Virus record (IMG/VR): IMGVR_UViG_3300025141_000033
Reading direction: 5' to 3' (one strand)
Origin: an uncultured virus (IMG/VR IMGVR_UViG_3300025141_000033)
Taxonomy: Duplodnaviria > Heunggongvirae > Uroviricota > Caudoviricetes
Length of the DNA stretch: 64,000 nt
The notes under the pieces are model-generated. The model was given only the letters and a program-made list of their open reading frames with translations, did no database searches and was not told the DNA's origin. Of this stretch, positions 20,280 to 28,420 are shown in pieces (position 1 is the stretch's first letter; every line of letters begins with the position of its first letter). The translations under genes and the position numbers were made by a program.

Positions 20280-23200
20280 TTAGAAGGTGTACCAGAGATC
20301 ACCCTTGAAGATGAATGCGAGTGCAGCGTAAGGCACGTCCAGAAGGACGGAGCTTTCGTTGCCATCGATGTGTTCACCAGCAGGAGCGGAAATGGTAAGA
20401 GTACCGGAACCGTTCTTGACGTAGATCATCTTGCCTTCGATTGCGTCGTCTGGAAGAATCAGAGATTTGTTACCAGAAGTGACGGCAGTGTATGGCTTGA
20501 CGATAGCAGAGCCATCGACAGGATCGAGGTCGAAGCCGACGAGGAGAGCGCTAGAGGCTTTCACGAGGTTAGCAACGGTAGCAACAGACTGTGCAGCTTC
20601 GTATGCGTTGTGATCGGCAACGATCGCAGCTTCGGCAGCAGCACGAGTCGCAGACTCAGCAGCAGCAGCGGTAGCGATGCTTGCGTAAGCAGCAACGGAA
20701 GCGTTCTCTTCCGCGTTGACACGGGTGTCAAGGGAAGCCTGCTTCGCAGCACGGATGGTCTCTTCGTTACCGATACGGGTAGAAAGAGATGCATCAGCAG
20801 CAGCCATTGCAGCACCACCAGCGGCGGTTTCAGCGTCATGCTTAGTCACCAAGGAAGCGACAGCAGCGGCACGAGCGACTTCTTCATCACCGATACGGGT
20901 GGTGAGGGAAGCGTCAGCAGCAGCCATTGCGGCACCACCAGCGGCAGTTTCAGCGTCGTGCTTGGTCACCAAGGAAGCGACAGCAGCGGCGCGAGCGCCT
21001 TCTTCTGCGCCAACACGGGCGTCAAGAGAACCCTGAGCAGAACCACGGGCGGTCTCTTCGTTACCGATACGGGTAGAAAGAGATGCGTCAGCAGCAGCCA
21101 TTGCGGCGCCACCAGCGGCAGTTTCTGCATCGTGCTTAGTCACCAAGGAGGCGACAGCAGCGGCGCGAGCGCCTTCTTCAGCACCAACACGAGTGTCGAT
21201 GGAAGCCTGCTTCGCAGCACGGATGGTCTCTTCGTTACCGATACGGGTAGAAAGAGATGCGTCAGCAGCAGCCATTGCAGCACCACCAGCGGCGGTCTCT
21301 GCGTCATGCTTGGTCACCAAGGAGGCAACAGCAGCGGCGCGGGCGCCTTCTTCTGCACCAACACGGGTGTCAAGAGAGCCCTGGGCGGAACCGCGAGCGG
21401 TCTCTTCATCACCGATACGAGTGGAGAGAGATGCGTCGGCAGCAGCCATGGCAGCACCACCAGCAGCGGTTTCAGCGTCATGCTTGGTCACCAAGGAAGC
21501 GACAGCAGCGGCGCGAGCGCCTTCTTCTGCGCCGAGACGAGTGGTGAGGGAAGCATCAGCATTGCCACGTGCGGTGAGTTCAGCAGCAAGAGCAGCGTTG
21601 TTAGACGCCTGATATGCAGCAAGCTCGGAGCTGTGAACACCAAGGACAGATGTGATTGCGGAGGACAAGTTGCCATCGGCAGCCTGGAATGCAGCAACGA
21701 TCTCAGAAAGAGAGTCGAGAGCAGCACCATCAACGTTAGCTTCGATATCGCCAACGCGGTTGTTGATAGAACCGACAGCGGAGGCGCGGGTTGCGGCTTC
21801 GCCAGCGATTTCAGCGTCGTGCTTGGTCACCAAGGAGGCAACAGCAGCGGCGCGGGCGCCTTCTTCTGCACCAACACGGGTGTCAAGGGAAGCGTTCTTC
21901 TCAGTGCGAAGAGTCTCTTCGTTACCGATACGGGTAGAAAGAGATGCGTCGGCAGCAGCCATTGCAGCACCACCAGCAGCGGTTTCAGCGTCATGCTTGG
22001 TCACCAAGGAGGCAACAGCAGCGGCGCGAGCGCCTTCTTCTGCACCAACGCGGGTGTCAAGGGAACCCTGCTTCGCAGCACGGATGGTCTCTTCGTTGCC
22101 AATGCGGGTAGAAAGAGAAGCGTCAGCAGCAGCCATTGCGGCACCACCAGCGGCAGTTTCAGCATCGTGCTTGGTCACCAAGGAGGCGACAGCAGCGGCG
22201 CGAGCGCCTTCTTCAGCACCAACACGAGTGTCGATGGAAGCCTGCTTGTTAGAGCGGATGGTCTCTTCGTTGCCAATGCGGGTAGAAAGAGATGCGTCGG
22301 CAGCAGCCATTGCAGCGCCACCAGCGGCAGTTTCAGCGTCGTGCTTAGTCTCCAAGGAGGCGACAGCAGTAGCACGGTTGCCTTCTTCATCACCGATACG
22401 GGTGGTGAGGGAAGCGTCAGCAGCAGCCATTGCAGCGTTGTTGGAAGCGACGTAGGCTGCAAGAGCAGCTTCATCGTTAGCAGCACGGGTAGAGAGGGAG
22501 CCAGCAGCAGCAGCCATTGCAACTTCTTCTGCACCAATACGGGTGGAGAGGGAAGCGTCAGCAGCAGCCATTGCAGCACCACCTGCGGCGGTTTCAGCGT
22601 CATGCTTGGTCACCAAGGAAGCGACAGCAGCGGCGCGAGCGCCTTCTTCTGCACCAACACGGGTGTCAAGGGAACCCTGCTTCGCAGCACGGAGGGTTTC
22701 TTCAGCAGCGAGACGGGTGGTGAGGGATGCGTCAGCAGCGCCTCGGGTGCCGGATTCGGCGCCCATCTCTGCATCGTGCTTGGTCACCAAGGAGGCAACA
22801 GCAGCGGCGCGAGCGCCTTCTTCTGCACCAACACGGGTGGTAAGGGATGCGTCAGCAGCAGCGGAAGCAGCTTCTTCAACACCGAGACGGGTGGTGAGAG
22901 AAGCGTCAGCAGCAGCCATTGCAGCAGCATCGGCGATCATAGCGGCGTCGATGGAGGCTTTGGCAGCGTTAAGCTCAGAGGTATGGGTACCAAGAGCAGC
23001 AGTAATAGCGTTGTTCAAGTTGCCATCGGCAGCCTGGAACGCAGCGACAACCTCAGAGAGGGAGTCAAGAGCTGCTGGATCGACGTTAGCCTCGATGTAA
23101 GCAACACGGGAGTCCACGGAGGTGACAGCAGCGGCGCGAGCGCCTTCTTCTGCACCAAGGCGGGCGGTGAGGGAAGCATCTGCAGCAACGCGAGATGCAG

Positions 23201-23393
23201 CCTCAGAAGCCAGAGCAGCGTCGTTGGAGGACACATAGTTATCGAAGGCAGTTTTACCTGCGATATCATGGTCAGCCTTGAACTGTACACCGGCGTCTGC
23301 GAGGACGGCGTCGCCGTCACTCTGGATAGTTAGTTTACCACCTTTCCACAGAGTAGACTGTGAACCGGTAGCAGGGACGAAACCTTTAGACAT
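20280..23393 (-). CDS. Ala-rich repetitive coiled-coil fibre protein
   Basis: 1037 aa; 11 copies of KHDAE within ~58-aa units; two AALDSLSE.VAAF motifs; shared C-terminal beta module. Confidence 0.7.
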   Translation of the reverse strand: MSKGFVPATGSQSTLWKGGKLTIQSDGDAVLADAGVQFKADHDIAGKTAFDNYVSSNDAALASEAASRVAADASLTARLGAEEGARAAAVTSVDSRVAYIEANVDPAALDSLSEVVAAFQAADGNLNNAITAALGTHTSELNAAKASIDAAMIADAAAMAAADASLTTRLGVEEAASAAADASLTTRVGAEEGARAAAVASLVTKHDAEMGAESGTRGAADASLTTRLAAEETLRAAKQGSLDTRVGAEEGARAAAVASLVTKHDAETAAGGAAMAAADASLSTRIGAEEVAMAAAAGSLSTRAANDEAALAAYVASNNAAMAAADASLTTRIGDEEGNRATAVASLETKHDAETAAGGAAMAAADASLSTRIGNEETIRSNKQASIDTRVGAEEGARAAAVASLVTKHDAETAAGGAAMAAADASLSTRIGNEETIRAAKQGSLDTRVGAEEGARAAAVASLVTKHDAETAAGGAAMAAADASLSTRIGNEETLRTEKNASLDTRVGAEEGARAAAVASLVTKHDAEIAGEAATRASAVGSINNRVGDIEANVDGAALDSLSEIVAAFQAADGNLSSAITSVLGVHSSELAAYQASNNAALAAELTARGNADASLTTRLGAEEGARAAAVASLVTKHDAETAAGGAAMAAADASLSTRIGDEETARGSAQGSLDTRVGAEEGARAAAVASLVTKHDAETAAGGAAMAAADASLSTRIGNEETIRAAKQASIDTRVGAEEGARAAAVASLVTKHDAETAAGGAAMAAADASLSTRIGNEETARGSAQGSLDARVGAEEGARAAAVASLVTKHDAETAAGGAAMAAADASLTTRIGDEEVARAAAVASLVTKHDAETAAGGAAMAAADASLSTRIGNEETIRAAKQASLDTRVNAEENASVAAYASIATAAAAESATRAAAEAAIVADHNAYEAAQSVATVANLVKASSALLVGFDLDPVDGSAIVKPYTAVTSGNKSLILPDDAIEGKMIYVKNGSGTLTISAPAGEHIDGNESSVLLDVPYAALAFIFKGDLWYTF
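20720..23180. repeat. Imperfect intragenic tandem repeats (~54/66/174 bp units)
   Basis: Recurrent blocks such as cagcagcggcgcgagcgccttcttctgcaccaacacg and gcttggtcaccaagga. Confidence 0.9.
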
Positions 23394-23517
23394 ATTTTAT
23401 TTTCTCCTTTTGTTTAGAAATAAAAGCGAAATAGGACGGACCCATAGAGAGAACTCTAAGAGAACATCCTATCCCGATCGGGAGCGGTTTGTTAACCCCC
23501 GACCGCCTGTAAATAGG
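23394..23517 (-). promoter_or_regulatory. Late-promoter variant CCTATTTA plus a structured ~115-nt 5' leader
   Basis: Motif at 23510-23517, then GCGGT/ACCGC, palindrome TCCCGATCGGGA and ATAGGATG/CGTCCTAT stems before the AAGGAG RBS. Confidence 0.55.
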
Positions 23518-23537
23518 TCCGCGAAACCCATTAAAAT

Positions 23538-24275
23538 TTAGTAGATGAAGTATTTGTTGGTGCCGTTACAATATACTGAAATCCCTGCGTAGGGGACCTC
23601 CAAAACTGCTATATTTTGGCCATCTATTATATCCGAACCTTGCGTCACAACGCTAATATTATATAGATTGGCTCCGCCACCCTCATCTTTAAAGACATAT
23701 GTCTGCCCATCTGATAAGAGGTGAGCCGGTGGAAGGGTCAGCGTGACAGATTGAGATGGTGACGCGGTGTCGACACCAATATAATAATCATCGAGGGAGA
23801 GTGACAGATCTGCAGCTGTTGTGCGGCGCTTATGCACGATACCGCATTGAGCTTTAAGAACATTATTCTGAAATCGTAATGTGGGGGCGTTAGCCAGAAT
23901 TCCGGTGTCGGTTCTAAACTGCAGTCCGTATTCCGTGCCTTCAAAAAAGAGGTTCTCACCCGAAAGATAGATGCCTGTGAGTTGGCTCCCATCGCCATAA
24001 TAGACAGAGGCGGAAATAGTGGAGGAGGCTGTTATATCTCCGGTGACGATTAGGCGTTCGCCATCAAACAACATATTTGGCTCACAGGTCATCCCATTAG
24101 AATCGCCGTGAACATTAGTGATAATGGCGTTGTCGATACAGTTTAAGAGCCGTGGAACATTTTCCAAATGGGCGCCATCTCCATAAAAGGAGCCAGAGAT
24201 GATGTTCGCTACTAGACGCCTTGGTCTAAATGTCTTAGGAGCGTAAACAGTACCAGTCAGAATATTGTATGCCAT
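23538..24275 (-). CDS. Fibre-like virion protein
   Basis: Two YGDG..L motifs; shared C-terminal DY.IGVD..LP..G...FKDE.G..IDG module. Confidence 0.55.
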   Translation of the reverse strand: MAYNILTGTVYAPKTFRPRRLVANIISGSFYGDGAHLENVPRLLNCIDNAIITNVHGDSNGMTCEPNMLFDGERLIVTGDITASSTISASVYYGDGSQLTGIYLSGENLFFEGTEYGLQFRTDTGILANAPTLRFQNNVLKAQCGIVHKRRTTAADLSLSLDDYYIGVDTASPSQSVTLTLPPAHLLSDGQTYVFKDEGGGANLYNISVVTQGSDIIDGQNIAVLEVPYAGISVYCNGTNKYFIY

Positions 24276-24292
24276 CTATCATGCTCCCCTCA

Positions 24293-24961
24293 TCAATGAA
24301 TAAACCAGTTTGATCCATTTGAGTACAAGTTGACAGAGCCATTTTCACCAACGATGTCATAGGAGGCAGAGCCGTCGATGTTCCAGGCGGCGTCATTGCT
24401 GGAGGTCAATCTAATAGACGATGTTAGGCTTCTATTCAGACCTGATTCATCTTTAATCACCAAAATCATACCTTCATCGCCGACGTTAGCAGGAACCAGA
24501 TGCACTTCAATCGAACCAGTTGCCTTGACTCCTATTATATAGTCACTAGCAACAGGGGTCACTGCTGTATCGGCAACCCCAGCAGAACGATATTTACCAG
24601 CAAAGCTGGAGACTGTTGTCCTATTCTTGGACATATCGATGCCCAACACAGCGGTGCTGCTCGACATAACTTGCAAGCTCCCGCTAAAAGTGTGAGTATC
24701 GTCGTTAGAGTCGCCAAAGCGGCTATTGCCCTGCTGATCTATTTCTGTGACCGTGGTGGACAGGATGTTCATTGTGGTGGCGCTGATGGCACCACTAACA
24801 ATAAGAGACCCTGTCAACGATAGGACACTATCGCCTTCATTATATTCGAACGTAAAATTATCGGAGCCGTTCGTTTCGCCCGTTTCACCCTGAATAAACT
24901 GGATTGAACCAGGGGAGCCAGGGTGGCGAGCGTTTACATATGCCCATCCAAACTTAGCCAT
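24293..24961 (-). CDS. Fibre-like virion protein
   Basis: FGDSNDDTHTFSGS motif; shared C-terminal module ending YSNGSNWFIH. Confidence 0.55.
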   Translation of the reverse strand: MAKFGWAYVNARHPGSPGSIQFIQGETGETNGSDNFTFEYNEGDSVLSLTGSLIVSGAISATTMNILSTTVTEIDQQGNSRFGDSNDDTHTFSGSLQVMSSSTAVLGIDMSKNRTTVSSFAGKYRSAGVADTAVTPVASDYIIGVKATGSIEVHLVPANVGDEGMILVIKDESGLNRSLTSSIRLTSSNDAAWNIDGSASYDIVGENGSVNLYSNGSNWFIH

Positions 24962-24963
24962 TG

Positions 24964-25383
24964 TTAGCCTACTCCGGCAGAGCCTGACCAGCTGGTTCCA
25001 TCTTCGGTGGTAGTGCGGGCGGCTGGGATGCCAGTCAGTCCTGCAACGATATCCACGTCGCTCGAACCAGAGAGCCAGATCTCAGAAACCTTGAGTTCCA
25101 AAGGAGAGATAATGCTGCTACGGTCTTCGCTAGTTGCGCCAAAGGCGTTTGGCAGTACGAAGTAGTTCGTTCCTTCTACGCCATTTTGAGAAAAACCAAC
25201 TTTTAAGTCTTCGGATGCTGTTGCTGATCTGTTGCGTACAATCACCCATCTTGTAACATAGGGAAAGGAGATCTTAGTCGCAGTTGTGCAGTTAACACTG
25301 CCTGTTGCGAATGGTTGTCCGCTTACCTGATAGGCGCCGACGTGGTTTAGGCCAGGTGCTAATTTCCAAGAATCTGCTGACAT
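24964..25383 (-). CDS. Hypothetical virion protein (possible head decoration)
   Basis: 139 aa, beta-rich; has its own ACTATTTA motif (25415-25422) and an AGGAG RBS. Confidence 0.45.
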   Translation of the reverse strand: MSADSWKLAPGLNHVGAYQVSGQPFATGSVNCTTATKISFPYVTRWVIVRNRSATASEDLKVGFSQNGVEGTNYFVLPNAFGATSEDRSSIISPLELKVSEIWLSGSSDVDIVAGLTGIPAARTTTEDGTSWSGSAGVG

Positions 25384-25424
25384 GAGAATACTCCTAATAT
25401 ATGTTTACTCAATATAAATAGTCT

Positions 25425-25667
25425 CTATCTATTTCTATTCTGTCTTTCTGCTGCTTTACGCATTTTTCTTTCTTCTCTCGCCCTTGTTCGAGCTGCGCGG
25501 ATGCGCTTCTCTTTCTTGGCCTCGGAAGGTTTCTTATAATATCTGCGGTCTCTTATTTCTTCAATAATTCTTTCTTTCTTAACTTTTTTATTAAACTTTC
25601 TGATCATACGATCGGCGTGTCCTCGACACTCTCTCGCACGCACCACTACATGTCCTGCTTTTCTCAT
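25425..25667 (-). CDS. rpsU: Phage-encoded ribosomal protein bS21
   Basis: MIRKFNKKVKKERIIEEIRDRRYYKKPSEAKKEKR matches the bS21 signature. ATG 25667 overlaps the upstream stop (ATGA). Confidence 0.85.
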   Translation of the reverse strand: MRKAGHVVVRARECRGHADRMIRKFNKKVKKERIIEEIRDRRYYKKPSEAKKEKRIRAARTRAREERKMRKAAERQNRNR

Positions 25668-26095
25668 TTTATATCCTGTTTGTTCATAGCTTTCCATATC
25701 TGCGAAGCATTATTCATTAGGGAATCGATGTCTACGCCAGCGTCACCGGGTTGGCCAAGATCGACCGCACCTTGTGTTTGTGCTGGGGAGGCTGGTTGCA
25801 CGCCTTCAAAAATATCAACGCCGTTATATGAACTGGCTCCAATTGAATCCATTAGCTTCTGGCGATGCTCGTTCAATTTAGCTCTCGCTTCCTTTGACTT
25901 GCGTTTCATTTGCAAGTCGTCTTTAACTAGTGTAGGTTCCTGTTTTGTTTGAACATTTTCTACAACAAGGTTGCCTTGTAAGCCTTTGGCGACTTCTGCA
26001 ACGATATTGGATAGAAGACCCTCTTCTATGAGGGTCTCTTGAATACATTCTTTAACCAATGGTTTGATTAGTTTCTTTAGTTCTGACTTTTTCAT
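25664..26095 (-). CDS. Hypothetical head-associated protein
   Basis: N-terminus MKKSELKKLIKPLVKECIQE; follows the prohead protease gene. Confidence 0.5.
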   Translation of the reverse strand: MKKSELKKLIKPLVKECIQETLIEEGLLSNIVAEVAKGLQGNLVVENVQTKQEPTLVKDDLQMKRKSKEARAKLNEHRQKLMDSIGASSYNGVDIFEGVQPASPAQTQGAVDLGQPGDAGVDIDSLMNNASQIWKAMNKQDIK

Positions 26096-26096
26096 A

Positions 26097-26702
26097 TCAC
26101 TCTTCTATTAATACCTCATTAAGCAGTCTGTTTATTTTGTCGGCTTTAGTGAATACACTATTCTTGTACTCTCTCGCCTCCTTCATCATAAACGCACCAG
26201 GAGTGGAGGGCTCGGAGACGATGTCGAAGCAGACGAGTTGGAAGTCATCTTCCACAATGGTCGTGCCCTGGCTCTCTCTTACTGATCCCATACCTCGTGA
26301 AGAGATACCGACACTACAACCACCGCGAACCAACTCTTGTAGAGTCTTGCCGGCGGGAGTGTCAAGTACACGGATCTTGCCCATAACTTTCTTACCTTCC
26401 ATCCAGATATCTGTGACCCGATGGGAGGCGTTCTTAAGATTGATCTCGGCTGCGTCGGGGTGGTCAAGTTCGCCAAGTGCTCGATTCTCTTTCACAAGCT
26501 TCTTATAGTTCTCTACCTCTCGCTCAAGAATGACGTGAGGGTAGATGCGGCCGTTGTGATTCTTTGTCTCAGCCATCTGCATTAAACCAGAGAGGATCAT
26601 GCCACCGTTGGTGACAAAGTTCTTCTCGGCTTCCGTTAGAAGATCCTGACAAACGCCGCCTTCGCATAGTTCGTAGTACTCACGTAGTAACTTCATTCCC
26701 AT
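26097..26702 (-). CDS. Prohead protease (T4 gp21-like)
   Basis: NGRIYP, GELDHP, GISSRGMGS and DIVSEPSTPGA motifs. Confidence 0.92.
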   Translation of the reverse strand: MGMKLLREYYELCEGGVCQDLLTEAEKNFVTNGGMILSGLMQMAETKNHNGRIYPHVILEREVENYKKLVKENRALGELDHPDAAEINLKNASHRVTDIWMEGKKVMGKIRVLDTPAGKTLQELVRGGCSVGISSRGMGSVRESQGTTIVEDDFQLVCFDIVSEPSTPGAFMMKEAREYKNSVFTKADKINRLLNEVLIEE

Positions 26703-26704
26703 AG

Positions 26705-26773
26705 CTAAGATCCTTTACAGCATCTGCGTACAGGCTGTAGGTGCCACTTACTCGTCCATGTGTGTATGTTCAT
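26705..26773 (-). CDS. Candidate 22-aa mini-protein MNIHTWTSKWHLQPVRRCCKGS
   Basis: ATG with AAGGA upstream. Fills the gap between 26748..27056 and the protease gene, stopping 2 nt before the protease ATG. Confidence 0.5.
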   Translation of the reverse strand: MNIHTWTSKWHLQPVRRCCKGS

Positions 26774-27056
26774 ATCTTATTCCTTCGTCTCCAAAAACCA
26801 TACTCAGAACATAAGATGTTCCGGAAGAGAGCCACCCCATAATAAAGATATTTGTGGGGGACACTTCAAAACTAAATAGTTCTGTTAGCGGAGAAAGTAG
26901 CACTAAAAATGCGCCAGCCCAAAAGCCCATACACATTGGACAGCGAAGAAGCTCTCCGAGTTTACCCTCGGTGGGTCTGATGCGCTCTAAGATCTTGCCG
27001 TAGACAAGTATCTGCGTGAGCCCGAAGGCACACAATATAAATGTTAAAAGTTCCAT
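26748..27056 (-). CDS. Small membrane protein, DUF1360-like
   Basis: Hydrophobic segments with CPMCMGFW (CxxCxxxW). Confidence 0.6.
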   Translation of the reverse strand: MELLTFILCAFGLTQILVYGKILERIRPTEGKLGELLRCPMCMGFWAGAFLVLLSPLTELFSFEVSPTNIFIMGWLSSGTSYVLSMVFGDEGIRYEHTHMDE

Positions 27057-27066
27057 TTTATTTATC

Positions 27067-27600
27067 CTACATGGTATACAGGTAGCTCAAAGCCGTAGGG
27101 TCTCTAACGTACCCCTTACGGATCGAGCCTTGCTTGTCTCTGTGAGGGACATCTCCCAACTCTGTGGAGTCTTCCTTGTCGGGGTCGAGATACTCGTCCT
27201 CGCTCATAGAGATGATGGCGTCCTTGGCCTCAAAGTAGGGTCGCTCTTCTTCAACGAAAGCGGAGATGTTCACAAGGGCAAGCTTAGGAACGTTAATACG
27301 CTCCTCGTTGCTCTCCTGTAAAGTGCCCTCAATGGAGCCGTAGTAGGCGCCGGCTTTAATAGTTTCTGGGGTGATCAGACCTTTCTTTCCTAAGAATTTG
27401 AACAAGCGGTTCTGCGCGCCATACACCAAATCACTCATGTTTTCTTTGGGGAAGGTCACGATCTTGTTATTCTTGAGAGAGAGGACAATGTCAATATCGC
27501 CGTGTTCAAAGATCATTAAGTCACCATTCACGCTCTTGCGAATGTTCATATCGAGAGTGACTATTGCGGGAGGAGTCCCTATTCTAATCTTGATCGGCAT
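27067..27600 (-). CDS. Hypothetical protein
   Basis: 177-aa ORF within the portal-protease operon. Confidence 0.6.
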   Translation of the reverse strand: MPIKIRIGTPPAIVTLDMNIRKSVNGDLMIFEHGDIDIVLSLKNNKIVTFPKENMSDLVYGAQNRLFKFLGKKGLITPETIKAGAYYGSIEGTLQESNEERINVPKLALVNISAFVEEERPYFEAKDAIISMSEDEYLDPDKEDSTELGDVPHRDKQGSIRKGYVRDPTALSYLYTM

Positions 27601-28420
27601 CGTTGTTGATCTCCTTAACTAACGACTGGGTCTTCAATATTGTTAAAAGTGTACCCTCATTCATTTCGGATTCTTCGGAGAAGGAGGACAAACGCTCAAG
27701 AACTTCGGCGGCTTTGACAGTCATATCAGTATCGCTCTCAAAGACATCCGTCTCTTGGGCAGTCACAATGGTCGCCTTCAGTCTGGAAATCTCTTCATTC
27801 AGGAACATCTTGAGTTCCAATCCGTTGTTAGAGAAAGAGGAAATGTAGTGAGTCAGAAGAGTCTTCTGCTCTTCAAGCAGCTCGTTCTGATACTTCTCAT
27901 TGAATTTGCTTGCGAAAGTCTTAAGTGTGATATCATCTATTTCTTCTATGGTCTCGGTCTTTTCTGGCTCAGACATCATGTGTTCGATAACAGAAGACTC
28001 AAGTATCACTCGTTGTTTTGGCGTGACGCTGGTGGAGAACATCTGATTGATGGTGGCAAGTGTCTTATAGTTTGGGACAAAGTTGCCGAAGACATCTGGA
28101 TCCAAATCTTTGTTGATGTCGCGGATCAGCCCAGATTGTTGGCTAAAGAGGCTCTCGGGGTCAATAAGCATCTTCTGGAGCTTGACCTCTTTTAAGATCT
28201 TCTCGCTTGTGAGGCGGTCAGCATTTCTGGTTTCGCTCAAAGAGCGAACGCAGTCAAGCTCTTTCTTGAGTTCCGTTCCGTCTCTAAAGTGACGCTTAAT
28301 AATGTTGATAGCAGTGTCCCTGCGTTGTTTGTCGCCTTTGAGAATGGAGACTGTCGCCTCCTTTACCAAAGCCTCGTATACTAAAGCTATATTACGCTTC
28401 TTATTGTGCTTAGCTCTCAT
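27584..28420 (-). CDS. Hypothetical head-module protein
   Basis: 278-aa helical ORF overlapping the portal stop; starts MRAKHNKKRN. Confidence 0.6.
   Translation of the reverse strand: MRAKHNKKRNIALVYEALVKEATVSILKGDKQRRDTAINIIKRHFRDGTELKKELDCVRSLSETRNADRLTSEKILKEVKLQKMLIDPESLFSQQSGLIRDINKDLDPDVFGNFVPNYKTLATINQMFSTSVTPKQRVILESSVIEHMMSEPEKTETIEEIDDITLKTFASKFNEKYQNELLEEQKTLLTHYISSFSNNGLELKMFLNEEISRLKATIVTAQETDVFESDTDMTVKAAEVLERLSSFSEESEMNEGTLLTILKTQSLVKEINNDADQD

Noticed and set aside
20720..23180. Repeats as a CRISPR array or DGR template/variable pair
   Set aside because: They are in-frame coding repeats with synonymous variation and no unique spacers. No cas or reverse transcriptase gene is in the window.
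20370..23333. 987-aa antisense ORF on the + strand
   Set aside because: It is codon-aligned with the fibre gene and stays open because the sense gene avoids TTA/CTA/TCA codons and is repetitive. The product is low-complexity and Ser-rich.
25413..25420. Exact T4 late promoter TATAAATA on the + strand
   Set aside because: No + strand gene follows. It is better explained as the reverse complement of the minus-strand ACTATTTA motif.
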